Below, one piece after another: positions 9,448 to 18,963 of a stretch of DNA of 64,000 bases. Made by a program: the position numbers and the translations under genes. The notes below the pieces were generated by a model. That model did no database searches and was not told the DNA's origin. It was given only the letters and a program-made list of their open reading frames with translations. This DNA comes from Methanothrix sp. (GTDB lineage: Archaea > Halobacteriota > Methanosarcinia > Methanotrichales > Methanotrichaceae), in contig OY821645.1 of assembly GCA_963682135.1 (NCBI GenBank), forward strand, positions 2,208,001 to 2,272,000. Reading direction: 5' to 3'. Position 1 is the first letter of the stretch. Every line of letters starts with the position of its first letter.

Positions 9448-10818
9448 ATGGCTGATCAAAAAGGCTCCAAGCCCTTGATGACGGGCTATATGATGTCCAC
9501 CCAGCTCTTGGAAGTTGACGGCTGCAACAGATGTCAGGAGTGTATGAAGTGGTGCCCGACATTCGCGGTAAGGCCGGATCGGCCAGGCATTACTCCCATG
9601 TATAAGAACGCAAGGTGGAGAGAGCTCATGGCCAAGAGCCAGAGCCTGCGCGCCAAGATCTTCGGCCCCAAGCCCCTCACCGATGATGAGATGAAGGTCT
9701 TCACCGAGGACACATATAGCTGCACCACCTGCGGCGTCTGCGGCACCGTCTGTGAAGCAGGAATCAGGACCGTTGAGCTCTGGGAGGCCATGCGGCCCAA
9801 CCTGGTAAAGCGTGGCGACGGACCCGTAGGAAAGCAGCCCTTCTTCCCCAAGCTGATCAAGGGAGATAGAAATCCCTACATGGCCAAGCAAGAAGAACGG
9901 TTGTGCTGGATACCCAAGGATGCCAAGGTGCAGGAGTCCGGAGAGCTGGTCTACTTCGCAGGATGCACTGCCGCATACAGGCAGCAGGCCCTGGGAGTGG
10001 CTACAGTCAGGATCCTGAATAAGTTGAACGTGGACTTCGCCATGCTGGGCAAGGACGAATGGTGCTGTGCTTCCGCACTCATCAGAACCGGCCAGCGCGA
10101 GGTCATGGCCGAGCATGCCGTGCATAATATCGATGCTCTCAAAGACGCAGGAGCGAAGAACGTGCTCTTTGCCTGCGCCGGATGTCTGCGAAATGCCGCC
10201 GTGGATTGGCCCATGTGGTATGAGGGCTATATTCCCTACGAGACCATGCCTCTCTCCGTGTTCCTGAGGGACAAGATAAGAAAAGGCGAGGTCGAGTACA
10301 AGATACCTCTGAACTACAGGTTCACTTACCATGACCCCTGCCACAACGGAAGGCATCTCATGCACCTCAAGGGAAAAGATTGGTCCTTCGAGGCGCCCAG
10401 GGATGTAGTCCAGTCCATCCCCGGCGTCAAGTTCCAGGAGATGGTGAGAAACAGGGCTCTGCAGAGATGCTGTGGTGCAGGCGGCGGCGTAAAGGCAGGT
10501 ATTCCCGACCTGGCCATGGACTGCGCTATGGCCCGAGTTCAGGATGCAACGGATATTCAGGCAGAGGTGATCTGTTCCACCTGTCCGTTCTGCAGGCTGA
10601 ATCTGATCGACGGAAGAAACACGGCAAAGTCCCCCATCAAGATGGTGGATATTGTTGAGATGATGGCCGCCTCCATGGGTTTGGACACAGCCATACCTGA
10701 AAATCCGTACACCAAGTTCCAGTCCCAGGATGTCCTGGTCTGCAGCCCAGTCGAGTGCAAGCTCGATACTGTGGAGCGCAAGGAACCCGGTAAGGATCTG
10801 GTGGGCGAGGCTCACTAA
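9448..10818 (+). CDS. hdrD: Heterodisulfide reductase catalytic subunit
   Basis: Two CxxCxxCxxxC clusters plus two CCG domains (YFAGC..WCC..CAGC; YHDPC..CCG..CPFC). Confidence 0.9.
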   Translation: MADQKGSKPLMTGYMMSTQLLEVDGCNRCQECMKWCPTFAVRPDRPGITPMYKNARWRELMAKSQSLRAKIFGPKPLTDDEMKVFTEDTYSCTTCGVCGTVCEAGIRTVELWEAMRPNLVKRGDGPVGKQPFFPKLIKGDRNPYMAKQEERLCWIPKDAKVQESGELVYFAGCTAAYRQQALGVATVRILNKLNVDFAMLGKDEWCCASALIRTGQREVMAEHAVHNIDALKDAGAKNVLFACAGCLRNAAVDWPMWYEGYIPYETMPLSVFLRDKIRKGEVEYKIPLNYRFTYHDPCHNGRHLMHLKGKDWSFEAPRDVVQSIPGVKFQEMVRNRALQRCCGAGGGVKAGIPDLAMDCAMARVQDATDIQAEVICSTCPFCRLNLIDGRNTAKSPIKMVDIVEMMAASMGLDTAIPENPYTKFQSQDVLVCSPVECKLDTVERKEPGKDLVGEAH

Positions 10819-10819
10819 G

Positions 10820-10852
10820 AAAAATGCCCGCTGCGGCGGACATTTTTTTTTT
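10820..10852. terminator. Hairpin plus T-tract between convergent hdrD and cofE-cdd
   Basis: aaaaatg-cccgc-tgcg-gcgg-acattttttt. Confidence 0.55.
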
Positions 10853-10902
10853 ACAAAATTTTTTAAAAAATCGTGATCATTTTAGCAAAAATTTTTACTT
10901 CT

Positions 10903-12066
10903 CTATCTCAGGCACTTGTCTGTGAAAGCTTTGGGCAGGAGTTCGGCAACCGTAGCGGTCATTGCATCACCTTTTTCATTTGCCATGATGACCACGATAT
11001 CCTCTCCGAACTCGATCAGGCTCTGCCTGCATATGCCGCAGGGCGATACCGGCTCGACGGCATTTCCAGCTATTGCTATCGCCTCAAATTCCCGCTCGCC
11101 TGAGGCTATGGCTCTGGCAATAGCAGCTCTCTCCGCACAGATGCTCGCCCCGGCTGCGGCACTCTCAATGTTGCCTGCCGAGTAGATCCGGCCACTGCGG
11201 GAGAGAAGCGCCGCGCCCACCTTAAATCCTGAGTAAGGGGCATAGGCATCATTCGCTGCCTTCTTGGCTTGTTCGATAAGATCATCATACCCACCAGTAT
11301 AAGGACGGGGCCCACAGCGCAGTGCTCCGATGTACATGCACTCCTGGGGCGCAATGGTGGGAATCGCACAATTTGCCTCGCTGATGGACACAGGCGCGCC
11401 CTTTATGATCACCGCTGGAATTCCCTCGTCTCCTTCACCCATAACTATCTGAGCGGCAGAAACCAAATTGTCTGCCACCGCCTTGCGAGTGATCTTCAGC
11501 TCCCGGCCAAAGAGGTCCTTTTGGCCTCGCGCGTCCTCGACTGGTTCCAGACCTGCACAGGCCAGAGCCACGCCTACGCAGCCCAGTCGCAGAGGATGAG
11601 TCCTGCTGTCTCCAATGATAACGGCTATCTTCCGGCCTTTCGCCATACGCTCCCTGATCTCGAATGCCGATTTTTGAGCATCAGCCGGAAATAATACCAC
11701 GTGACCGGGCGGGGCATTGGAGCTATCGATGCCGGCGTTGGGATAAAGAAAGCCCTCTCTCAGCGTCAGCACTACGCCTGGGATGCCCCCCATTATCTCA
11801 TCCGACTCTTGCAGGATCAGCTCCATCTCGCGCGGATCTTTGCAATACCTGGCAGCCATGGCGATGGCTAGTGGGCTGGCAATTACATCATGCAAAGCCA
11901 CAACCCTTCCCTCTGCTGTAGCCACAGTACTCTCCGAGATGACCAGAATGTCGCCATCCTCTAATGCCTGGCCTGAATTGGCCATGGCCCTCTCAAGGGA
12001 CTCTACCAGGTCATCGCCCGGTCTTATGAGATCCGTCTTTATGCCTAAAACCTGCAACACACTCAC
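10903..12066 (-). CDS. CofE-like gamma-glutamyl ligase fused to a C-terminal cytidine deaminase
   Basis: N-terminal I.PGDDL, NAGIDSSN, DLFGREL, GEGDEGIPAVII; C-terminal AYAPYSGFKVGAA, CAE, PCGICRQ, ELLP.AF. Confidence 0.88.
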   Translation of the reverse strand: MSVLQVLGIKTDLIRPGDDLVESLERAMANSGQALEDGDILVISESTVATAEGRVVALHDVIASPLAIAMAARYCKDPREMELILQESDEIMGGIPGVVLTLREGFLYPNAGIDSSNAPPGHVVLFPADAQKSAFEIRERMAKGRKIAVIIGDSRTHPLRLGCVGVALACAGLEPVEDARGQKDLFGRELKITRKAVADNLVSAAQIVMGEGDEGIPAVIIKGAPVSISEANCAIPTIAPQECMYIGALRCGPRPYTGGYDDLIEQAKKAANDAYAPYSGFKVGAALLSRSGRIYSAGNIESAAAGASICAERAAIARAIASGEREFEAIAIAGNAVEPVSPCGICRQSLIEFGEDIVVIMANEKGDAMTATVAELLPKAFTDKCLR

Positions 12067-13292
12067 CTGTAACGCTCTGGGCTTTCTATCATTGCATTAG
12101 CCTCCTCGATCCTCGCGGCCAAACGCGAGAGACGAAAGGGCTGGCCGCTCAAGTTCTTTACCAGGCCGGCTATCTGATGGGTGGTGCCGAATATTAAAAC
12201 CTCTTCCGGTCGAGGATCGCAGCGAAGAGCAAGCTTGGGAATGGCGGCATCTCCGCCTCGAGCCAGCATCTCCTGCTTTATTATTATGGCCTCCATGCTG
12301 CTCAGGCCGCGTACGGCCAGGATACGAAAAGAGCTTTTCTTGCAGAGAGTGCCATATCCTCGCTCATCTACCTCTGTTCTGCGGAGGTTTTCGGCCATAT
12401 CTTCACCCTGACCCAAATAGCCCAGCACCTCCACCTCCATCTCCTCATCTGCGGATATACCCGGACTGCCTCTGATCGCCTGGGCCATGGCTACAGTCTC
12501 CCGGCTGGCGGCGATATCATGCGTCCTGACGATATGCGCCCCCAGGTAGACTGCGATAGCCGTGGCGGCCAGCGTTCCCGCCAGCCTCTGGAAGGGATCG
12601 GGCTTATGCAGGCGCTCCCCGATGAAAGACTTGCGAGAGAGAGCTGCGACTACCGGCCGCCCTAAAGCACGCAGTCGCAGCATTCCATCCAGGATGGCCA
12701 GATCGTGGGCGGGTGTCTTTTCCGGTATCCATTTGCCGATGCCCGGATCAACTGAGATCTTCTCTTGGCATACTCCGCTTTGGGCTGCAGCCCTCATTCT
12801 ATCACCCAGAATTGCAATTATCTCGTTTAAATGGAGCAGATCGCCCGCTCTCTGCAAAGAGGCCATGATGATCAAGGAGCCGTTGTACTCGGCCACGCGG
12901 GCAGCCATATTGGGGTCAGACAGTCCGGAGACATCATTTATGCAGGTGGCACCCAGAGAGAGAGCATCTTCGGCAATACCGGACCTCTGTGTATCTATGG
13001 AGATGGTGATATCCAGGTTTTCCAAAATATCCTTGAGCGCCGGAAAGAGCCTCTCTCGTTCCACGTCTTCACTTATGGGTGGAGAACCCGGCGCCGTGGA
13101 GACGCCGCCCAAGTCGATCATATCCGCGCCCTGCTCTTGCATAGCAGTCGCCAGGGAGAGAGCTTCATGGGGGCCGGCCACTGAGCCCTTGTAGAATGAC
13201 TCACGGCTGAGATTGATTACGCCCATCAGCCGCACGGGGTGGCTGTCTCCTACCGGGACGCGACCCAAAATGCCTTCTATCAATCCCAACAC
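12063..13292 (-). CDS. folP: Dihydropteroate synthase with C-terminal extension
   Basis: MGVINLS.ESF, IDLGG.ST.PG, SIDT, INDVSG, DPGIG, SRKSF, VRTHD. Confidence 0.9.
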   Translation of the reverse strand: MLGLIEGILGRVPVGDSHPVRLMGVINLSRESFYKGSVAGPHEALSLATAMQEQGADMIDLGGVSTAPGSPPISEDVERERLFPALKDILENLDITISIDTQRSGIAEDALSLGATCINDVSGLSDPNMAARVAEYNGSLIIMASLQRAGDLLHLNEIIAILGDRMRAAAQSGVCQEKISVDPGIGKWIPEKTPAHDLAILDGMLRLRALGRPVVAALSRKSFIGERLHKPDPFQRLAGTLAATAIAVYLGAHIVRTHDIAASRETVAMAQAIRGSPGISADEEMEVEVLGYLGQGEDMAENLRRTEVDERGYGTLCKKSSFRILAVRGLSSMEAIIIKQEMLARGGDAAIPKLALRCDPRPEEVLIFGTTHQIAGLVKNLSGQPFRLSRLAARIEEANAMIESPERYR

Positions 13293-13330
13293 CTCGCAAA
13301 CCGGAACATATTATCCCTTCTCTTGTAACG

Positions 13331-14125
13331 CTACTCCGACAGCCGCAACAATATTCCCGTCCTTCTCGCCCTCTCAATTGCGCGGTCGAAGAGGATCAGC
13401 CCTAGACACAGGTAGAAAACGGCCAGAAATACGCCAATGGCCAGATGATGGGGCCCTGGAATAAATACTGACCTGTAGTACTCTAAAAAGTAGGTCAGGG
13501 GTATGGCTCTGGCCAGCGTCTGCAACAAGGGAGGCAGCACCTCGACGGGATAGTAAATTCCACTGACGAGAAGGATCATGCCGCTCAGGCTCCAGGCGGC
13601 AACATCTGCTTTCTGGCCAAAGGTGAGAATGGATATGCACACTGTGATGCCGATGACTGCAGCCGTAGCGAAGACACCTGCCAGAAATATCAACACCGGT
13701 AGCAGGCCGCCGTACTGGAAATCAAAGCCAAAGAGGTAGCGGCTAACTATTGCCAGAATGAAAAAGACGACACTGCCCCGCAGGATGCCGAAGAGTGTTG
13801 CTCCAAAGACCAGATGGTGGCTACGAATCGGAGCGATGAAAGTGTTCTTGATGCTCTTGGACCACATATCGAATAAAAGAACATAAGCTACATCGATCTG
13901 AGCCACCTGCAAAATGGTAAGAGCAATAGCTCCCACCAGGAGAAAGGAGACCATCGAGCCCTCTACCTTCAAGAACCGGGTGAGCAGACCAATGGATAGC
14001 AGGCTGATCATGGGCCAGAAGAATAGCTCGAATAAGGTGAAGATGTTCCTCTTGGAGATGAGCCAGTTCTTGTAGGCACTGGCCAAATACTTGTTCAATT
14101 CACCTTGCCAGTTCAAGGAATACAT
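13331..14125 (-). CDS. ABC-2 type exporter permease
   Basis: About six TM segments; SGIYYPVEVLP, PLTYF. Confidence 0.85.
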   Translation of the reverse strand: MYSLNWQGELNKYLASAYKNWLISKRNIFTLFELFFWPMISLLSIGLLTRFLKVEGSMVSFLLVGAIALTILQVAQIDVAYVLLFDMWSKSIKNTFIAPIRSHHLVFGATLFGILRGSVVFFILAIVSRYLFGFDFQYGGLLPVLIFLAGVFATAAVIGITVCISILTFGQKADVAAWSLSGMILLVSGIYYPVEVLPPLLQTLARAIPLTYFLEYYRSVFIPGPHHLAIGVFLAVFYLCLGLILFDRAIERARRTGILLRLSE

Positions 14126-15032
14126 CCTCCAAATCAGGCTCTTTTATGGTTATATTAAGAATTCTGGCATTGCAAAAGAGTTTGACTATCCTGTCCAGAC
14201 TATCCTCGACTCTGTCGATCACAATTTCCAAGCTGCCCCTCTCCGCTTTTATACCTAAAACGCCCGGCAAGCTCTCCAGGGCGGTGATGTCTACCGTTCC
14301 TTCGTAAGTGACCACGATCCGTTCCCCCAGTCCCAGATGCTTCTTCAAATTACGTGGCGTATCCAGCGCCACAATCCCGCCCTTGCGCAGGAATGCAATC
14401 CTATCGCAGAGCATCTCTGCCTCCGGCATATAGTGAGTGGATAAGACCACAGAGATATTCTGTTCCTGGTGAATTCTTTTTATCAGCATGCGGGTCTTTA
14501 TGGATATATCAGGGTCCAGACCCGTGGTGGGCTCGTCTAGGAAGAGCAGACGAGGATGGTTGAGCATGGCCTTGGCCAGGGAGAGACGCTGCTTGAGGCC
14601 GGTAGAGAGGTTCTCGAACTTCATATCCCCGAACTCACCCAGCTCGAAAGCATCAATTTGATCCTCCACCGTCCTGGAGAGAGCGGAGCCATAAAGGCCG
14701 TAGAGCATGCCGTAGTAGCGCAGGTTCTCTCGCACAGTCAGGCTCCAGGGAAAATTGGGTTTGGCAGTGCTGATGTTTATGACTTTGCGTATCTCTTTGC
14801 TATCACGACGTGCATCCATTCCCAGGATGAAAAGACTTCCCCGCTCCGGGTAGATGAGTGTGGAGAAAATAGAGATGAGAGTGGTCTTGCCTGAGCCGTT
14901 GGGACCGAGCAGGCCGAAGATCTCACCCTCCTCAATATCCAGAGATATGTCATGAAGAACGTGGGCACTCTTCCCCAAGAAGCTCTTATACATCTTGCAG
15001 ATTCCTGTAGCTGTAATTGGTTTTTCTATCAT
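14100..15032 (-). CDS. ABC exporter ATP-binding protein
   Basis: GPNGSGKT, LSTG, LDEPTTGLD, C-terminal EPDLEDVF. Confidence 0.92.
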   Translation of the reverse strand: MIEKPITATGICKMYKSFLGKSAHVLHDISLDIEEGEIFGLLGPNGSGKTTLISIFSTLIYPERGSLFILGMDARRDSKEIRKVINISTAKPNFPWSLTVRENLRYYGMLYGLYGSALSRTVEDQIDAFELGEFGDMKFENLSTGLKQRLSLAKAMLNHPRLLFLDEPTTGLDPDISIKTRMLIKRIHQEQNISVVLSTHYMPEAEMLCDRIAFLRKGGIVALDTPRNLKKHLGLGERIVVTYEGTVDITALESLPGVLGIKAERGSLEIVIDRVEDSLDRIVKLFCNARILNITIKEPDLEDVFLELAR

Positions 15033-15065
15033 GTATCGCTCTTGCTTTGATTGCAGCGACTATCT

Positions 15066-16046
15066 CTACCGCTTTCTTCTCTTGCGACTCAAGAGTCGAT
15101 CCCCTTTTCTCCATATCAGAAAAGCAGCCAGACCGGCTACTGCGAGGCCCCCTAATACAGATACAGGTCGGGCAAATTTACCGAGAAACCCGGCATCAGA
15201 GAGAGTGATTTGCAGAGGAACAATTATGCTTTTCTCTTGACACACAATCTCACAGCCCATTTGGTAATCCTGCATGCTGGCATTTCCATCTACACCAACC
15301 TTGAATTCCATTACCTGTAGTGAACCTGGACCCAGATCCCCGAGCAATATGGCCGGGCTTTCTACGTAGAAAGGAGGTGCAGCCAGGAGCCTGGCCGAGC
15401 AATTGCATAGCGGCGCCGCGCCGTCATTGCTTATCGCCATACTCACGCGTTCACTTCCACCTGCATAAAGCTGGGACTTAATCCCGAAAATATGCAAAGT
15501 TTGATTAGATCCAGATACAAATACATTGCAAGTAATGTTTTGCCTTTCTGCTTCATAGAGAGGAAAGACCTCGCCGCTTTTCACGCTTACATCCACCTGC
15601 CGCTCATAATCAACGCTCAGGGGAAGGGCATACCAGCCGCTGGCATTCTTCTGCGCCGTGATATGAAACTGCAGCATTACCACGGACCCCGCGGGAAGGA
15701 CAAGGATGTTCTGTGGACCTGTTGTCACCTTTATGGCTCGCGCTTCCCCGAGGATGGCATTGATGTTCAGGGCATCACAGCTCTTTGTCTCTGCTATCAT
15801 CTCCTGCAATATGTCTTCATTGGGGCCGCTCTCGTTAATGGGAATAAGCTCTTCCAGCTCACCTGCATTGGCCAGGTTTATTTGCAGTATACTATCGCCA
15901 GGCAGCAGAACCGGATTGGCCGCACAAGCGGTAAGTTCTGGTTGGCCCAGAGATTTATAGTGATCATCAGCAAAAAATATAAGATCTTCCGCCAGGCCGT
16001 TGCCGGCAAGAAGAAGCAGAATGCTGATGACATGCAGGAGCCTCAT
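15066..16046 (-). CDS. COG1361-like S-layer/Ig-fold membrane-anchored protein
   Basis: Signal peptide, LGDL.PG repeats, C-terminal TM segment and basic tail. Confidence 0.7.
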   Translation of the reverse strand: MRLLHVISILLLLAGNGLAEDLIFFADDHYKSLGQPELTACAANPVLLPGDSILQINLANAGELEELIPINESGPNEDILQEMIAETKSCDALNINAILGEARAIKVTTGPQNILVLPAGSVVMLQFHITAQKNASGWYALPLSVDYERQVDVSVKSGEVFPLYEAERQNITCNVFVSGSNQTLHIFGIKSQLYAGGSERVSMAISNDGAAPLCNCSARLLAAPPFYVESPAILLGDLGPGSLQVMEFKVGVDGNASMQDYQMGCEIVCQEKSIIVPLQITLSDAGFLGKFARPVSVLGGLAVAGLAAFLIWRKGDRLLSRKRRKR

Positions 16047-16085
16047 CCTCTTTCAAGTTAATTTGCATCTATTAATTAAACCTAT

Positions 16086-16886
16086 CTACCGAGAAAGCAG
16101 GGTGCTCAGGAAGAAGGCTACGGCTGCGGTCAGAATTATGGTCGCACCGGAGGGCACATCCAGCTCGTAGGATATGAGCAGTCCAATGGTCACAAAGACC
16201 GCACCCAGGAATATGGACCCTGCCATGATGGCAGGCAAGCCCATCATGTGCCGCCGGCTTATGGCGCCGGGAATGGTCAGAAGCGCTATGACCATGATTA
16301 TCCCTACGATCTTGATGAGGATGACCACACTGAAAGCCACCATGACCAGAAGCAGAAGGCGAAGGCTTTGCACAGGAAGGCCGATGGCTTCTGCGTAAAT
16401 GGGATCGAAACTCAGGAGAAGAAACTCTTTGTAGAGCAGAAAGACAAGAACCAGGATGGTCAAAGTAAGTGCCGAAATAAGCAGTACATCGCTCCTCGTC
16501 ACAGCTAAAATATTTCCGAACAGGTAGCCGTAAAGGTCACGAGCGTAGCCCTGAGAGAGAGTGAGGAGCATTATTCCTAAAGCCATACCAGTGGCCATGA
16601 AGACACCAATGGCCGTGTCCTCTGAGATGCGCGCTCGGGAGCTGACCATTCCTATACCAAGAGCGGTTAAAACGGCAGACCCTACTCCGAAGGCCAGCGG
16701 ATCGTAGCCCAGGAAGTAACCAAGACCGATGCCCCCAAATGCAGCGTGAGCGATGCCATCACTGATGAACACGATTTTATTTAAAATAACATATATTCCG
16801 ATTACACCACACAATACCGAGGCGGCCAAGCCCGCAGCCAGAGCATTGTTCATGAAGTCGTACTGGAAGAAACCTAGATCAATCAT
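16086..16886 (-). CDS. Zn/Mn ABC transporter permease (ZnuB-like)
   Basis: DGIAHAAFGG, EDTAIG, YLFGNIL, PSGATI. Confidence 0.92.
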   Translation of the reverse strand: MIDLGFFQYDFMNNALAAGLAASVLCGVIGIYVILNKIVFISDGIAHAAFGGIGLGYFLGYDPLAFGVGSAVLTALGIGMVSSRARISEDTAIGVFMATGMALGIMLLTLSQGYARDLYGYLFGNILAVTRSDVLLISALTLTILVLVFLLYKEFLLLSFDPIYAEAIGLPVQSLRLLLLVMVAFSVVILIKIVGIIMVIALLTIPGAISRRHMMGLPAIMAGSIFLGAVFVTIGLLISYELDVPSGATIILTAAVAFFLSTLLSR

Positions 16887-17640
16887 GTTCCCTCAAGACC
16901 CGATGGGGTGTGCCGTGCGCTATCATCTCGACCGGGCAGCCATATGCCTTCTCGATATCATCATTGCTCAGTTCCTTGGAGTCATGATAATAAAGCCGCT
17001 GGTTTAGGCAGGCGATCTTGCTCACATACTTGGAGATGGCTGTTACATCATGGGAGACCAGCACAATAGCGATGCGAAGATCGCGATTCAAGTGGCAGAG
17101 AAGATCGTAAAAGTCGGTCTGTTGGGCGGAATCAACGCCTGCTGTGGGCTCATCTAGAAGAAGAAGCTCTGGATCGGAGACCAATGATCGGGCTACAAAG
17201 ACCCTCTGTTGCTCCCCTCCCGAGAGAGCACCTATCTCGCGCATAGCTCGATCCTGCATTCCCACAGCCTCCAGAGCCTTGAGCGCCGCCTGACGGTCCA
17301 CACAGCCATAACGATGCATCAGCCCTCTGCGACTGTATCGTCCCATGAGCACCACATCCAGCACATTAACAGGAAAGCTCTGGTCGAAGACCGTCTTTTG
17401 GGGCATGTAGCCTACGCAGCTTCGCGCCTCTGCGGGCGGCAGCCCGAAGAGAGCAATGCTGCCCCGGTCCGGCTTGATCAGGCCCAGCATTACCTTCAGC
17501 AGGGTAGATTTGCCGCCCCCGTTGGGGCCAATAAGGCCAAGAAAGTCGCCCGCTACCAGCTCCAGATTTATGTCCTCCAGGACGGCATGCTCTGCTCGGC
17601 AGATCCAAAGGCCCTTTATAGATACTATCTTCTCAGTCAT
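16879..17640 (-). CDS. Zn/Mn ABC transporter ATPase (ZnuC-like)
   Basis: GPNGGGKST, LSGGEQQRV, LDEPTAGVD, His-containing tail. Confidence 0.92.
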   Translation of the reverse strand: MTEKIVSIKGLWICRAEHAVLEDINLELVAGDFLGLIGPNGGGKSTLLKVMLGLIKPDRGSIALFGLPPAEARSCVGYMPQKTVFDQSFPVNVLDVVLMGRYSRRGLMHRYGCVDRQAALKALEAVGMQDRAMREIGALSGGEQQRVFVARSLVSDPELLLLDEPTAGVDSAQQTDFYDLLCHLNRDLRIAIVLVSHDVTAISKYVSKIACLNQRLYYHDSKELSNDDIEKAYGCPVEMIAHGTPHRVLREHD

Positions 17641-18518
17641 ATTTGGCTCTGGGCAATCTCTAGGCTGGCATTTCTCATATTATCCAGATAATTTCCAGCC
17701 AATGGATCAATGGTGACGATGCGGGCATTCATCTCCCGAGCAATTACTTCCGCGGTCTTGGGATTGAACTCCGGCTCTATAAAGATCGCAGTGATATTAT
17801 TCTTTTTGGCCAGCTCTATCACCTCGCCCAGGTATTTGGGCCCCGGTTCTTTCTCGTTCTCCATAAGCGGTACCTGAATAAGGCCGTAATCCCGAGCAAA
17901 GTAGGTCCAGGCAGGATGATGCACAATGAAGATCTTGTTCTTTTTGCCTGCAAAGGTACTGTTCAATTCTATGTCCAGGGCTTTCAGCTTTTCCAAATAA
18001 CCGTCCCGGTTCTTGATATAATAATCTTTATTTTGGGGATCTACCAGTATCAAGCCGGAGCAGATATTGTTTACCTGGTGGACTGCATTTCGCAAAGAGA
18101 GCCAAATGTGCGGATCCATCTCACCCTCACCCTCTTGCAGAAGGATTACGCCCTGAGAGGAGTCTACTACCGTCATTCTTTTATTGGCCTCCAGAAGCTT
18201 ATCCATCCAGAACTCAAGACCGGCACCATTCATGACATAAAGGTCGGTTTTGGCCATCTCCATCATCAGGGAAGGCGTGGGCTCGAAGGTATGAGGTTCA
18301 GCTCCCGGCGGGACTACGAGAATGACATCAACCTTCTCGCCACCCACCGCTTTCACAAATTCGCCCAGAGGAGCTATGGTTGTAGCCACATTGATCTTGT
18401 GAGAAACATTGCTGGGAACAGCTGCAATAGAGGACTCATCTTGCGAGACGCATCCTGATAATATAGTTATTGCTATCAGGAAAACAAATATATTGACCTT
18501 ATTAATAGTACTAATCAT
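17637..18518 (-). CDS. Zn/Mn ABC substrate-binding lipoprotein (ZnuA/AdcA-like)
   Basis: Lipobox LSGC; EPHTFEP, DPHIWLS, HPAW.YF; start placed at MISTINK. Confidence 0.9.
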   Translation of the reverse strand: MISTINKVNIFVFLIAITILSGCVSQDESSIAAVPSNVSHKINVATTIAPLGEFVKAVGGEKVDVILVVPPGAEPHTFEPTPSLMMEMAKTDLYVMNGAGLEFWMDKLLEANKRMTVVDSSQGVILLQEGEGEMDPHIWLSLRNAVHQVNNICSGLILVDPQNKDYYIKNRDGYLEKLKALDIELNSTFAGKKNKIFIVHHPAWTYFARDYGLIQVPLMENEKEPGPKYLGEVIELAKKNNITAIFIEPEFNPKTAEVIAREMNARIVTIDPLAGNYLDNMRNASLEIAQSQI

Positions 18519-18841
18519 ACTTTTGCACCGTCTTTGGTCTTTTTGGACAATAGATTCTTGCCTATGTACTTGGAGCGCGTCTTTCCGCCCTCCCGCCAGT
18601 AACCGTACCAGTAAGGGCCATGTGGACATCCTTTGCAGTTCTTGCCACAGGAAACCTTCTCCAGGCGGTAGGTAGTCGACCCACTCGTACGCACCTCTAA
18701 TACCTCCCTGTCGCCCGGCAACTCTTCTTCCAGAAGAGGTTTGCTCCTTTCCGAGATGAGGTGCTCGATGTGATCTCTGACTTCGCAAAGTACAGAGAGA
18801 TCCTGGTGCGCCAGTGATCTGATGATTGACTTGGGTATCAA
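18515..18841 (-). CDS. Small Cys/His zinc-ribbon-like protein (DUF6788-like)
   Basis: CGKNCKGCPHGPYWYGYWREGGKTRSKYIGK; stop overlaps the znuA start (ATGA). Confidence 0.7.
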   Translation of the reverse strand: MIPKSIIRSLAHQDLSVLCEVRDHIEHLISERSKPLLEEELPGDREVLEVRTSGSTTYRLEKVSCGKNCKGCPHGPYWYGYWREGGKTRSKYIGKNLLSKKTKDGAKV

Positions 18842-18963
18842 GAACGCATCTTATGTAACGGCAATTTATAATCTTATTGCTCGATTACATAAGAATGATC
18901 CGAAAAAGAATTAGCGAATTAACACCATTTTATCATTATATTACAGACGACTAGCTACAACTG

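Noticed and set aside
9337-10815. 492-aa minus-strand ORF
   Set aside because: Antisense shadow of hdrD with no motifs; the same applies to 3242..4039 and most short overlapping ORFs in the track.
18519-18788. N-terminal extension of the ZnuA ORF
   Set aside because: It overlaps the zinc-ribbon gene in another frame; the lipoprotein signal starts at 18518.
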